Shown piece by piece: positions 1 through 13,385 of a DNA stretch of 64,000 nt; the first letter of the stretch is position 1, and each line of letters opens with the position of its first letter. Made by a program: the position numbers and the translations under genes. A model generated the notes under the pieces. The model did not search any database and was not told where the DNA came from. It was given only the letters and a program-made list of their open reading frames with translations. Origin of the DNA: Octopus sinensis (taxonomy: Eukaryota); assembly GCF_006345805.1 (NCBI RefSeq), contig NC_043013.1, forward strand, positions 54,684,001 through 54,748,000, in the 5' to 3' direction.

Positions 1-60
1 GTACTAATTAGATGGATAACTTCACTAATATTAAATAGAATACCTCACAGTATTTTTTCC

Positions 61-260
61 TGGCACTTGGGGCTCTGAGTTCAAATTTTGATGAGGTCAG
101 CTTTGTGTTTCATATTTTGGGGGTGTTAAAAAAAAAAAACAGCTCATCAATCTATGCTGGCAGATTGGTGGACTTGTATGAAAGTCAGAAGTGATGCCTT
201 GCAGTATTTGTTCCAGCTCTTTACATTCTGAGTTCAAATCCTGACTTGGCTGATTCAGGT
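61..260 (+). mobile_element. Decayed SINE family A fragments
   Basis: Two degenerate copies of 'ttctgagttcaaat...' with 'gctttgtgtttcat' and 'gctggcaga' motifs shared with better copies (e.g. 18823-19034). Confidence 0.45.
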
Positions 261-1121
261 GTTAGACCACTTTAACACCATTACCTGGTGCCTTTGTAAT
301 AGCTTCTGCAAAGCCCATTACATTCATTAGCATTGCTACTGTGTAGGTGGCCTGAGGCGGCCCTTCCCTTTGTTGCACCTAGACACCACAGTAAACACAT
401 ACTGCCTACAGCAGACCCAAAAGTGCCGCCCCTTTAAAAGTGTCACCACTTTAAAAGTGCAGCTCAGGGCGAACAGCCACTACCCTCAATTATGCAAGTG
501 ATTACATTGCAAGCATTTACTCCGATCTCAGGTTACAGGATGCTGATCCCACTTCCATCACTTTCAAAGACCTTGCAAAGGGTTGGGGACACTGCTTTCT
601 TCCCTGACTAAAAGAGGGATAAAGTAATAAGTAAATGTGAGTCCCTACCATGTTTCTGTGTAATATGTTGACTGTATCCTCACGTGTTTCCCTCCAACCT
701 CACAATGTCAATGTTTGGTTAGTAATCTCATGTCAAACAGATTAAAAGGGAATAACATTTTGCATTACATTACACCTGGTATACTTGCAGTAAATCTGTG
801 GCGTTTGGTAATTTCAGCAAAGACAGAAGTAAAGTGCAGTTCTAGAATTCACATGCAATGAACTGATATAGATCTGAGGAAATGGGAATTGATTTTTAGC
901 AGCTAATAGGGAATCAATAACAACAGAAATTGAAATTTCTGCAATGTAAGTCAACAGAGCTAGAAGAAACAACCAAAGAATAATAATATTGATGTAGAAA
1001 TATTGCAGTGATGATGCTGAATACAATCTTTAGAACGGTAACAAAGAATGTGGTGATTGTAATTTAGACAATGGCAGGGGTTATTAAGGGAATTCTATCA
1101 ATCACTCATATATGTTTTGTC

Positions 1122-1336
1122 TTTCACTTGTTTCAGTCGTTATACTATGGCCATGCTGGGACACTACTTTGAAGAATTTTGAGTCCAGTAAATCGACCCT
1201 GGTCTTATCTAAAGCCTGGTACTTATTCTGTTGGTCTTGTTTGCTGAACCACTAAGTTACAGAGATGTAAACACACCAACACCAGTTGTCAAACAGTGAT
1301 GGTGGTGGTGGGTGGGTGGGCGGGTGGTGGTCAAAC
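1122..1336 (-). mobile_element. SINE family B, 3' half
   Basis: 'cttgtttcagtc...ggccatgctgg...gctgaaccactaagttac' is the reverse complement of the tail of the full copy at 4982-5383. Confidence 0.75.
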
Positions 1337-1372
1337 ATAGTCAGGAAGACACACAGACATGCAAATATATCA

Positions 1373-1530
1373 CCATCATCATTTATCGTCTGTTGTCCAT
1401 GCTGGCATGGGTTGGATGGTTTGACTGGGCTGGCAAGCTGAGAAGCAGCACTAGACTCCATCCAGTCTGATTAAGCATGGTTTCAATGGCTGATGCCCTT
1501 CTTAACACCAACCAATCTGAGAGTGTAATG
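1373..1530 (-). mobile_element. SINE-like family C, (TGA)n-tailed 3' part
   Basis: 'catcatc...ccatgctggcatgggttggatgg...gatgcccttcttaacac' matches 2484-2808 and 44081-44405. Confidence 0.75.
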
Positions 1531-1564
1531 AAAAGGTTGCAAGATGCAATGAAAATTTTAGGAC

Positions 1565-1657
1565 AATAAAAATAAGAAAAAAGTGAAATTTTACCAGTGA
1601 GTGTGTTACATGATAAGGCACAAAAAGAAAATGACTCTCCCCAGACACAACAGAATT
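1565..1657 (+). repeat. Fragment of dispersed 'aatgactctcccNagacacaacagaat' tail family (putative Penelope-like terminal segment)
   Basis: Near-identical to 32960-33038 and similar to 22295-22330. Confidence 0.7.
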
Positions 1658-2483
1658 CTTTTATTTGTTTCAGCCCATAAAGTGTGGCTGTGATGAGGCA
1701 CTGCCGTTAAATGATTATGCACAGCAGTTGAGGGACTTGAACACATGACCCTTCAGGTCCCTTGTTACATAAAAACTTGATGCTCAACCAACTGAGGTAT
1801 GCTGGCTGTTTACAGTAACTGGAAAACAGATCATATGACATGGTTATGATTTATGAGATATCAATTATTCCTTTAGTAGAATAATTATCATACAGGGTAA
1901 AGGATGGCAGATACCAGTGCCACCTGGTGGGAGGAAAAGTGATTGAAAATTTTCATGATAAAACAAGATAAAGGTGGACGTGAAATGATACGGTTGAATT
2001 TTCCAGAAATATGAGACACAGTTGTCATGTTGATTATACGATGTACTGTAGAGCATCAAAATGCATCAAGAATTGTTGTGAAATTGGTGCCGATGACAAT
2101 GAGGAATATATTAATTGATAGGAGAACTCTATTTATTCAGTATGGTCCAAATATCTAATGTCACACAATATATTCTATGATGTGCTCAGAATGTTTATTT
2201 AGTTGATTTCTTTCTCAAAGCAAAATATTTTCTCTTTGATTTTTTTGTTCTGAAGCACCGAAAGACGGACGCATTATATCATAGATTAGAGAAGTAAAAA
2301 TTCCTGCAGCTGCTAACTATAGAATTTCATTATGTGACTGACAATGTTATGGTGACACAATGTTAGCTTTTACCATCTTAATAAACTGGTGTAATGTATA
2401 CTTACACACACACACACACACATTATATATCTATCTATCTTTATATATATATATATATATGTACATGTGTGTTTGTGTATATA

Positions 2484-2808
2484 TCATCATCATTGTTTAA
2501 CGTCCGCTTTCCATGCTAGCATGGGTTGGACGGTTCAACTGGGGTCTGGGAAGCCCGAAGGCTGCACCAGGCCAGTCAGATCTGGCAGTGTTTCTACAGC
2601 TGGATGCCCTTCCTAACGCCAACAACTCCATGAGTGTAGTGGGTGCTTTTTATGTGCCACCGACACAGGTGCCAGATGAGGCTGGCGAACAGCCACGCTC
2701 GGACGGTGCTTTTTATGTGCCACCGGCATGGAGGCCAGGCGAGGCTGGCAACGGCCACGATCGGATGGTGCTTGTTACGTGCCACCAGCATGGAGGCCAG
2801 TCGATGCG
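2484..2808 (-). mobile_element. SINE-like family C with three ~63-nt internal subrepeats, inserted in (TA)n
   Basis: Reverse complement of 44081-44405; 'ggtgct...gtgccacc' recurs at 2642, 2705 and 2767. Confidence 0.85.
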
Positions 2809-2846
<38 letters not shown>

Positions 2847-2847
<1 letters not shown>

Positions 2848-3057
2848 GAGGCGGTGCCAAAAAGTTCCTGGCTTTGGGTAAAAGAAAATAGAGAAGGATC
2901 AGTTAATTATGATTTGATTCTACATATTCCCTTCTCAGATTCACACACTTATTGCAGCAGTCCTTCAGTTTTTTTAAGTCCTTTAAAAGAACTCAGGAGG
3001 TTGGTCCTCCAACCAGGCCTTTCGCAATACAGCCAGGAAGTTTTCAGTAACCCCTTG
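2847..3057 (-). mobile_element. Mariner-derived MITE
   Basis: Imperfect TIRs 'cgaggcggtgccaaaaagttcctggct' / 'agccaggaagttttcagtaaccccttg' followed by TA; minus strand reads CNKCVNLRREYVESNHN*, like a mariner transposase C-terminus. Confidence 0.8.
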
Positions 3058-3714
3058 TATAGCATAAAGGAATAGCAATTTGGAATCCTGCTAGGCACCT
3101 TATTAACACTCTGATATAATCCACATCTGGCTAACCACATCAAATGGTAGGGAACACGTAACTTGTTTAAGAGCAAAGATTAGACAGTCTTTCACTCAAG
3201 ACGTAAATCCTGAGTTTGCTTCTTTGGATTTCGGGCAGCAAACGAAGGACATCATCACAACCTCAGAAAGAAGAATTGCAGGATTATTCATCTTCAAATT
3301 CTGTTTATTACAATATTATTCTCATTAAATTTTGATCTGACAAGTGTTTTTATTACACACACACACATACATGTATATATATATGAGTGAGTGTATAAAT
3401 GAAAGAAAAGGGCACTGAGCACATTTAGTAGAAGTTACATGTATTATTTAAAACTGTTTAGATTACAAACAGACTTTTTTGGCATTATGTAAGAAAGATG
3501 TTCAGCCATGACCATTCTTGTGTTTAAAGGTTTCTAACTTAGATAATGTGTCCTTTCTTTGTGTAGACAGTGGTGTGTAGCTCAGAAGAGATTTGACTGT
3601 TATTTCCTGCATGTTGAGCAACCATGCACAGGTTATTGATGTTTGCACTTTCACTTGGTCTTCCACAAGACCATCTTGCATCACTACTGACAGGTTTAGA
3701 CTAAGAAACGCACC

Positions 3715-3940
3715 CATGTGTGTGTGTGTGTGTGTGTGTGTTTATCCCCCACCACTGCTTGACAACCAGTGTGAGTGTGTTTCCACCCCCTTAACTTAGC
3801 AGTTTGGCAAAAGAAACTGATAGAATAAGTACCAGGCTTATAAATATATGCTCAGGGTTCAATTCGTTCAGTTAAAAATTCTTAAAGGCAGTGCTCCAGC
3901 ATGACCACAATCTATTGCCTGAACAAGTAAAAGGTTAAAG
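3715..3940 (+). mobile_element. SINE family B, 3' half
   Basis: 'cttgacaacc...aacttagcagtttggcaaaag...gatagaataagtaccaggctt...gtgctccagcatg' as in 4982-5383. Confidence 0.75.
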
Positions 3941-4981
3941 ATATATATATACACACACACACACATTCTTATGTTAATACATATATATGCACACTAAAGG
4001 ATATACACACTTTTCCAATACATGTGTGTGCGTATATGTATGTATGTATCTGCTAAAGCATACACCTACACTGATAGATGATACATTCACCACACACACT
4101 CATACATGCATACAACCATACACACACACACACACACATACGGTCGTCACCATTCATCATGAAACTGCTGTGATGTTGTTGTTAAGGAAAGCACTGCTGT
4201 CTAAATGATTATATCATTGACTCAAAGATGTCAGCTACAATATAAATGCTAACGTTATGAAATGTCAGAGATGAAAATAAAGGGATGCTAAATCCCCGTT
4301 TGTTGATGTGTTTTATACTGTGGACCTGTGCAATGTCAACTGGTACACTGGATGGTGGTATCTACTGAGAAGAAAGCTTAGGGCACAATGCAAATTGCCT
4401 TTGAGCAAAATTGTATATATCACTCATATTGCTTTAATTAAGTCTATTCTTCTTCCTTAATTATGCATCAGACTTTCTTGTTCTGTGGTTTGAAAAAAGT
4501 AAATATCACTTTTAAAATGGACAAATGTGTTTTTGAGTGCACTGTTTCTTCCTTGCCGTCATGTGTTAGCAATCAGGTTTTGGTAAAAGCATTCCACAGG
4601 CAGTGGAGCTGGGCTACTTTTTCTCTTTCTTTCTATTTCCTTAACAAGTGCTTCTCTTCCTTTTTTATGCACTCTACTTCATCTTTCTGTCTTGAAGGCA
4701 AACACAGAAGATTTAATATCAATTCTAAACAAGTAAACTTGGATTAAATAAATTCATCTCAATGTCATATTTTTTTAATATCATATCAACAGCACACACA
4801 CACACACACACACAAATGCTTTGGTGATGTGTGTGTGTCTGTGAGTGTGTGGGGGGGAACAGAACATATAAGAGAAACAAAGTGAGAGAGTAAATGCAAT
4901 AAATATCTACACTTTCACCTCACCTTTCTTATCTGTTCTGGTTATATACATTCAGGTCAGTCCTCTAAATTTTGTATATAT

Positions 4982-5383
4982 AGGCGCAGGAGTGGCTGTG
5001 TGATAGGTAGCTTGCTTACCAACCACATGGTTCCGGGCTCAATCCCACTGCGTGGCACCTGGAGCAAGTGTCTTCTACTATAGCCTCGGGCCGACCAAAT
5101 CCTTGTGAGTGGATTTGGTAGACGGAAACTGAAAGAAGCCTGTCGTATATATGTATATATATATGTGTGTGTGCGTATGTGTTTGTGTGTCTGTGTTTGT
5201 CCCCCTAGCATTGCTTGACAACCGATGCAGGTGTGTTTATGTCCCCATAACTTAGCGGTTCGGCAAAAGAGACCGATAGAATAAGTACTGGGCTTACAAA
5301 GAATAAGTCCTGGGGTCGAGTTGCTCGACTAAAGCCGGTGCTCCAGCATGGCTGCAGTCAAAGGACTGAAACAAGTAAAAGAG
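4982..5383 (+). mobile_element. SINE family B, full-length copy
   Basis: tRNA-like head 'ggcgcaggagtggctgtgtga...ggttccgggctcaatccc', internal (TA)/(TG)n and conserved tail; many partial copies in the window. Confidence 0.85.
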
Positions 5384-6211
5384 TATATATATATATATAT
5401 ATATATGACAGTTTGTTATTACTTTAAATTGGCAGTAAGCTACACAGGTGACTGAAGAGCCAAGTTTCATGCACATCAAAGTTTGATCAATGCTCTGCAT
5501 GAATTTCTTGGCCAGTTAAAAACATCAGATGAGTGTATATATATGTATATATACATATACAAACCTATAGATACATGATGTGTGTGCACATGTGCAAGTG
5601 TGTGTGTGTGTGTGTATACACATACTGAATATATAAAAGTAAATGCATGTGTGTATGGTATGTACACATATACAATGGGCTTCTATTTGTTTCCATCATG
5701 TAAGGCTTTCATCTGCTTGGGGCTATAACAGAAGATTCTTGACCAAGATGTTGTACAGTGGGACTGAACCTGAAACCACATAATTGTGAGGCAACCCTCT
5801 TAACTGTAAAGGCAAGACTGTGCCATATATATGAATATCAATGCACCATTTAGCAGCAGGTGGTTCTTTTAAGGATTGGTGCCAAGCTCCAGTTTCAATG
5901 CTTTAAGTACATGTGAAACAAATCTCACAGCATTAAGTACATGCGAAATAAATCTCGGTCGAGATAGGATACCAGTCTTTTATAGGAACCTATTTTTGGC
6001 ATCTAGATTTACTGGAGGCTTTTATAATTAAGTGTACTGCCTGCCCAAATACATAACAAAACATCTGTAATGAAATTAAAAAATCAAGGTGATCTATGGA
6101 CCGGCACAGTGTGTTACATTAGCTAAACTGTATTAATACACACACTCATACAAACATACATAATGTTGTGCACCTGAGTACTGTATACATCAAGTTCATT
6201 ATTTCATATGT

Positions 6212-6545
6212 GAAGGCACATGGCTTTGTGGTCAGGACATTTGGCTCACGATTGTAAGATCATGAGTTCAATTCCCGGCAATGTATTGTGTCCTTGAGCA
6301 AGACACTTTATTTCATGTTGCTCCAGTCCACTCAGCTGGCAAAAAAAAATGAGTAGTACCTATATTTCAAAGGGCCAGCCTTGTCACACTCAGTGTCATA
6401 CTGACTCTTCCTAAGAACTAGGCTAAGGGTACACGTGTCTGTGGATTGCTCAGCCACTTGCACATTAATTTCACAAGCAGGCTGTTCCATTGATCATATC
6501 AGCTGGGACCCTCATCGTCGTAAACAACAGAGTGCTCCTTATTTC
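6212..6545 (+). mobile_element. SINE family D
   Basis: tRNA-like head 'gaaggcacatggc...gagttcaattcc' and 'ttgagcaagacactttatttcatgttgctccag' shared with 36631-36965 and 47645-47900. Confidence 0.75.
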
Positions 6546-6704
6546 AAATATCATAATTAGACCAACACACATACAAACGCTTTGATTCTTTTGGTGTTTT
6601 CATTTGCTTAAACTGACAGACGATGAAGGACACACCCCACCCCTCCGCTGTGGGAGGGAGGAAAGAAGTTCTATCCAGATAAAAGACCCAGCTGGAATGC
6701 ATTT

Positions 6705-6920
6705 ATTTCTTCATTTCCCACAGAGGGCTAAACATAGAGGGGACAAACAAGGAATTAAGTCGATTACATTGACCTCAATGCATAACTGGTACTTATTTAA
6801 TTGACCCTTAAAAAGATGAAAAGCAAAGTCGACCTCAGCGGAATTTGAACTCAGAATGTAGCAGCAGATGAAATACCTCTAAGCATTTCGCCCGGCGTGC
6901 TAACGATTCTGCCAGACTCC
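6705..6920 (-). mobile_element. SINE family A, tail type 1 (Tx1-like 3' end)
   Basis: 'gatgaaaagcaaagtcgacctcagcggaatttgaactcag' core plus 'gggctaaacatagaggggacaaacaagg' tail. Confidence 0.85.
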
Positions 6921-7661
6921 ACTCTGCTGATGACATCTAATCATTGTCTTCTCAACTGATTGGTCCCTTACATTTGTGACACAGCATAAATCAGCATCAA
7001 ATCTCTAGCCCCATGGGTCCCTGCACCATAACCTACTATCCCCATACAATAGAGACAGCACTATATCCAAGAGCCCATTGATGGTGTTAAACTGAGAATT
7101 AAATTCTGTAATATTTGCCATTCCTTTGCTGTAATGTGGTGAAATAAATTGCATCGCTTCCTACATGAGTTGAGTGAATAAAGAAAACATTGAGCTAAGC
7201 ACACAATCTGCAAAGGTTGTTTCAAATGTATTAAATAAATACTATTTTATTTACAAGAAAATAGAAACTTTTTGAATTCAGCAGCTTCTAACTGCATTTT
7301 TGAAAACAATATGTGTATGTATGTGTATGAACTTGGCATAATAATAATTAAGAACACATATGTATCTTGTGTAATGCGTGTATGTATATAAACATATATA
7401 AGACTTCTTAATTATTATGCTATCTTTACACTTTGCTGCACATAACTCTTGTTAAGAAGATTATTATAAACATAACTAGATTGGAATTCTTTAGAATCAT
7501 TATTATTATTATTTTAAATTTACATTCTCACCCCCCCCCCTTTTCTATTTTATGTATAATTTAAAATTTCTATATTTTTATTTCGTTTTTTTATTTTCTT
7601 ATTTCTCTCTAAAAAGATTGTTGTGTGTAAAAGACAGTCTTGTATTTAGAAAAGAAGATCG

Positions 7662-7869
7662 ATGAAAGAAAAGAAAGAAACGGCCAAAACAATAGCTGAG
7701 GAAAGTGAAAATGAAACTACATTTGAAATGGAAGACGAAGGAAAAAAAAATGCTTATGACAAGAATTGTTCCACAAGAATATGTTATTGCTTTTCTCCTT
7801 TTTTGTGTTCGAAGAAGACCATCACTACAAGACACACTGGAACTATGATGCAGTATTGTTGGAAGAGAG
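7662..7869 (+). CDS. Candidate first coding exon of an unidentified protein (MKEKKETAK...NCSTRICYCFSPFLC...QYCWKR|G)
   Basis: Pyrimidine-rich acceptor ending AG at 7615-7616, ATG at 7662 after an in-frame stop, non-repetitive 69-codon frame, donor GAG|gtaaag at 7870; no downstream exon or homolog identified. Confidence 0.4.
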
Positions 7870-8779
7870 GTAAAGCAGTGCTTTAAAAAGAAATGGTTCT
7901 AAGAGCGGAAAGGTATGGCGCGGGGCAGGTGGGGGTATGAAAAAGAAAGGAAGAAAGGAAAAACAAAGGGGAATTAGGTGTGGAGTGAGAAAGAAAACAT
8001 AAATCTACAGAATTAGGTTTTGAGTTATAGCTCTTAGATGGTTCCATTAGTGACGCAAAACTGACAAATGGTTGAAGATAATCAGTAAATGAGTGGAGTG
8101 CTATCATTAGATGGTCTGGTGATAATGATATCGTAGCAATTATCACTTGGAGCTGCAAGTCACTGGGGAGAAGAGAGATCTCTCACTACATCAACATGAA
8201 GCAGTAGAATCAGAGCAAACACAGAGCTTTTGTGTGACATAACTATTATTTTGAATTGTTTATTGAAAGGAATCTATATCCGTTGTGTGTATCTTGCTGG
8301 GTGCAATGCAGATAACCAAAACGAAACAGACATGTGTGTGTATCTTTTACTTGTTTTAGTCATTGGACTGCAGCCATGCTTTTAGGGATTAAGGGAGCAA
8401 ATAGACCCCAGTACTTATTTTATGTCTTGTACTTGTTCTATCAGTTGCTTTTTCAGAACTGCTAGGTTAGAAAGCCAACTCCTTTCCACACAGCCACACA
8501 CGCACACATACATATATACATGCATAATGCATATGTACATGCATAACATAACACACACACACACACACAAGTGTGATAGGTGTAGGCGTGGTTGTGTGGT
8601 TGCAAAGCTTGCTTTTCAAACGTCTAGCCTTGGGTTCAATCTCACTGTGTGGAATTCTTGGTGGCTTCTATTAGAGCCTCAGGCAGACTAAAGATTTGTG
8701 AGTAGCAACAGATGGAGACTAAAAGAAGTCATGTGTGTGTGTGTAGCCTTGTCTTGTTTTGACATGACCTCCGTGAACA

Positions 8780-8985
8780 AGCATCACTGTCATACAAGTG
8801 ATATTGCTCATTTCCAGTTCCCTATGTAAAATATGTATCATCCAAGGGAAATATTATCTTGCTTGGAAACAGGTGAGGGTTGGTGACAGGAAGGGCATCC
8901 AGCCATGGAAAATCTGCCTCAAAGTATTCAGTCTAACACACGCAAGCAGGGAAAAGTGAGATGTTAAAAGTGATGATGCAGATGG
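8780..8985 (+). mobile_element. SINE-like family C variant, 3' part
   Basis: 'gggttggtgacaggaagggcatccagcc...gatgttaaaagtgatgatg'. Confidence 0.7.
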
Positions 8986-9012
8986 ATATGCATACTTACA
9001 CATGCATATATA

Positions 9013-9225
9013 TTCTTTTCTACTCTAGGCACAAGGCCTGAAATTTTGGAGGAAGGGGCCAGTTAATTAGATTGACCCAAGTATGCAACTGGTACTGAAT
9101 TTATCAACCACGAAAGGATGAAAGCAAAGTTGACCTCAACAGAATTTGAATTCAGAACATAAAGACGAAATACCGCAAAGCATTTCGCCCCGCATGCTAA
9201 TGTTTCTGCCAGCTCACTGCCTTAC
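9013..9225 (-). mobile_element. SINE family A, tail type 2, full-length
   Basis: 'ttttctactctaggcacaaggcc...aactggtact...aaaggatgaaagcaaagttgacctc...ctgccagctc'. Confidence 0.85.
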
Positions 9226-10089
9226 ATGCATATGTATATTGACACAATTATATACATACATATCCACACACACATGCATATATATATTCACACACACACA
9301 CATATATATATATATATAAATACACATACAGATGTACATATATATACACATGCGTATATATATGTAAATTATACATATCTATCCATTCCTCAGCATGTAT
9401 ATACAAGTGGGTGTGTGTGGCTTGAATAATAAAGTTTGTACTCAATGCCAATTTCAATAACCGAACATCCTTTTCCCCCAAATGTCATAAATCATTATTT
9501 TAGACCACATGTCAATGGGAAAGGCAACAAATTATATCAGACAAGGATGGCGTCTCACAGGAATTTTACTTTTCATTAATTCACTTATTCTGGTGCTAAC
9601 TATTTATATTTCTGGATGTTTACTCAACAATTCACTTAATAACATATTGTTTGGGCAAGTCACACTAAATCTGATTTTGCTGAAAAGTTTCAACAGTACA
9701 GAACATGCTTAAAGTTATGTCCCGTGTTTAGTGCTAAAAGAAAATGTTTCTAATTTAAGTATAAGACCTTAAATTTGTTGTGAGAACAATCGTTCATTTC
9801 TTAAATTTTAGTATTTGTCTTGTACTTTACTGGCCCCAGAGGAAAGATATGGAAAGAATGAAAGACCTTAGGAGGGTTTGAAACTGTAAAAAGCAGGAAT
9901 GAAGTGCCACAGGATATTTCATCTGACAATCTAATGAATCTGTCATGAATATTGGCTGTGAAATAGTTTGGTCGTTTGATGTCTTCATAATTAGATATAC
10001 TTTTACAAAATTAATATGTTAATTAACAAGTTTGGTGATGCAGACAAAAAAATTAGAACTCAAAACATGAGTGTGTGTGTGTGTATTTA

Positions 10090-10092
10090 TAT

Positions 10093-10177
<85 letters not shown>

Positions 10178-10205
10178 GAGAGAGATAGATAGATAGATAG
10201 ACAGA
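10090..10205. repeat. (GATA)n microsatellite
   Basis: Direct read. Confidence 0.95.
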
Positions 10206-10220
10206 CAGAAAGATATTTAC

Positions 10221-10351
10221 TAATATTTAACAGAAGCAACAGAGTAACTCAAGGACAAAAAGTTTCATTCATTAACACCTATCAAAGTTTGGTAAGTGTT
10301 AACACAAAATTCTTGGCCCGTAAATCACTCTGTTGCTTCTGCTAAACATTA
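10221..10351. repeat. Short imperfect fold-back element
   Basis: 'taatatttaacagaagcaacagagt' (10221-10245) pairs with 'actctgttgcttctgctaaacatta' (10327-10351); inner 'ttaacac'/'gtgttaa'. Confidence 0.8.
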
Positions 10352-13189
10352 ATACAATATATATATTAAATAACTTGGTTCTGAATTAAATACACTCAGA
10401 TTCTATGATGCTACTCCATCATAAAACTTGATTTCAATATCACATGACCTATTAACACTAAAGACACAGCATCCAGTTTAAGTTGGCTGTCAAGATGTAA
10501 CCCATCTGTACAAAAAGAAGAAGTACCCCTCCTTAGCCCTCTCGTCCACCCAGAAAACCAACAACAAGAACAACAGATTAGAATAGGCAGGCACATCAAA
10601 CCCATACAAGAAAATCCTTTTTATCTTAAAGTCAGTAGGGAAGGCAGTGCTTATAACCGTTTCGTTGAGCCTCCAAGATTGTAGGAGGGTGGGATAGAGT
10701 TAACTTCAAATGCTTAGGATTGAGTGGACACCAGAAAAGGCACCCAAAGTGCCAGGTGTTTGTGGTATTCTGGACAACATATTAAAGTCTTCAAGGCAAG
10801 AAGACCAAAGAAGGATTGAACCAAGGACACCAAGAGCCACTTCAAACATTGTGAAGAATCCTGTTTCATGCTTTAACATTCCCCAAACTTTAGACTGATA
10901 CTTTATTTTATGGACCCTAGAATGATGTAATAAAAAACTGACTTTGACTAGATCTGAACTCAGAATATAATCAGTTAAAATACGTATTATAAAGCAGTTC
11001 ATCAAACGTTTGCCACTTTACCAATAAAGAAAAGATTAATAGAAGATGGACGTAGGCAGAATCTAGAAACTCTAACAACACTGGGATGTGCAGAGCTGCA
11101 AACTTTGTTAGAACATTCTAACAGAACACTTGTTAACCCTGATGTATTTTATGATAACTTTAACCCTCTCAGGCCTGGGCCCCTGTGTCTAACTTTGCTA
11201 TCCACCTGGGCTCCTCAGCAAAAATATAAATAGCTGTACACCCAACTCAAGATTAATGCTTGCAGGCAAACTAATGGACAGAATCACAAAAAAAATGAAA
11301 GAAAAAATCAGGAAAATAACAACAATAGGCCTTTTTCTCATCTACCATATTTGTTCACTTGAATTGCTATTTTCCTCATCACTTTCATCTGTTTGGTTGA
11401 CCAGATCACTCTCATTGTTTGTGTAAGGTTAAAATCTTTGTCCAAAGAATGAAAAATGGTAATAATTCCTACTCTGTGACATTGGAACTAAATCAGAAAT
11501 TTAGAGGTAAAAAAAAAACAGTATTAGTATTTCTGTTATTGCCACCAATTTTGAAGAAGACAATGATCAATTTAATTGATCCTCGTACATGTCGGGTTTT
11601 GTTTCAATGAACTCAGAAGTTTGAAAAGTAGCATCATGTCTTTGCAAGATTTCATCTCTGTGCACAAAGAATATTGCTAAAACATTAGTGATTCTGCCAT
11701 CAATTACACACACACACACACACACCACAGTCCAAATTTTAATTCACTTCTTCACACAAATGCTGTTGCTGTAGTTAAAATTGTAAAAACTCCTCTCTAT
11801 TGAACAGAATTCAAATTTTGTTATGATCCATTTAACTTATTCACCTTCTTTTTCAAATTGCTAAACTAGAACTGTAGTGAAGGTTGTTTAGTAGTAAAAT
11901 AATTGGATTACAACATCAGCTTTCAGACTTCTTACTTATTAACATCTTTACATGAGATGCTGTCAATAGAAACCACCAGAGTTGGCTATATAAGAACATC
12001 AGCAAAGCTCTTTACTTCAATTTAACTCTTCTCTAAACAATTTTGTCAATCTTTGCTACAATCTCAAATACTATTCACCAACCTCTTCTCAATGCTTATT
12101 TTTTCCCCTTAATTATCTGGTTTGGGGATTCTGTCATTTTATTACTTGCCATTACTTAGAACTATTTGTTTTTCATTAATTTGAAATATTCCTCCCAAAT
12201 TATCACCAAACTTATTTCGTATGACACATCGAGATGCCATACAGCCGACGGGAACCAAAGAAATAAACTAATCTACTTTACTTCACTATATTCAGAATAA
12301 GATTTATATCTTATAATAAAATGATGCCACACTCTCTCATTTATCCATTTTTGAAAATAGTTTCTGCAACAAACATCATCAGACATTAAAAAAAAAAATG
12401 AAGAAAGAAATGCGAGGAATTATTGTTAAAAGTAACTAAATAAGATTTGCTATGTTAATGGCTAAAGAGTCATTAATGAAGTTTATGCAACTCTTAAAAA
12501 ACAAAAACACAATCAAATAGAATAACACATGGCATGATGCCAACTGCATTTTTGCCTCTAAGCAAACAAATATTCTAGGATCAGGTTTCAATATCCTTCA
12601 ATTCTAGCTTATAAGTGGATCTATGTTTAAACATACTTGACATATTCTGCAATGATATTTGTTTTCAGCGAGTTACTCAAAGGATCAACGTACAGGCTCT
12701 GATTTTAATACAGGTTCTAATATGTATAGTTCCACTTAAAAAGCTAATTATGTCTTTTCAGTTTTTTTTCATTGTTATTTTAATTATTTTCATTTATTTA
12801 CAAATTGCATTTATGAAGTAAAACATTGCAATAAAATCTTAAGAATTTCTCAATTGTTGCTAAATTAAAATTAGGTAACAAGGAAAATGCTACTTTATTC
12901 AAAAGTAATTTATTCCATGTAATCTCAGCTCTACATTTCCATGCAAACATGAACAAATGAAAAAGGAAGTAATTATGTGAAAAAATATCTGGGAGAAACC
13001 AAAATTAAAATTACTTCATCACTTCTGTCCCACTTCACTATTTCAAACCTAAACACTGCAAACCTGGAAATGGTAAGGAATTAATTTAACTTCTCACCCA
13101 CTTCAAATAAGTTTTCATTACACGTGTGTGAACAATAATGTTGATGTTTAACCTCAGGCCAAACGTAACCAGGCAGACATGTAATCCTT

Positions 13190-13385
13190 TCTGCGGAAAT
13201 TTAGGGGAGGAAGCAAGTTCATTGCACTGACCTCAGCGTTCAACTGGTACTTATTTTATCAACCCTGAAAGGATGAAAGGTAAAGTCAACCTTGCAGGAA
13301 TTTGAACTCAGCGTATAAAGATGGAGATAATGCTGCTAAGCCTTTTATCTGACATGCCAATAATTCCAGGCCAGCTCAGTCCCTT
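13190..13385 (-). mobile_element. SINE family A, diverged
   Basis: 'aactggtacttattttatcaaccctgaaaggatgaaaggtaaagtcaacc...gaatttgaactcag'. Confidence 0.75.

Noticed and set aside
285-378. Possible minus-strand exon (VQQREGPPQATYTVAMLMNVMGFAEAITKAP)
   Set aside because: Weak acceptor, overlaps a GC-rich repeat-like segment with short 'aaaagtg' subrepeats, no recognisable homology
4982-5060. tRNA genes suggested by A/B-box-like motifs
   Set aside because: These are SINE heads; no complete cloverleaf or acceptor stem seen anywhere
5900-5966. gcat-taagtac-atgc-GAAA...GUC half-hammerhead in a 30-bp tandem duplication
   Set aside because: No CUGANGA core upstream; at best an incomplete remnant
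10447-10684. Open frame ...QIRIGRHIKPIQENPFYLKV...
   Set aside because: No start codon or convincing acceptor; in-frame stop just upstream
12345-12387. Minus strand CTGATGA-tgtttgttgca-GAAAC
   Set aside because: Weak helix II and no correctly placed UH or helix I
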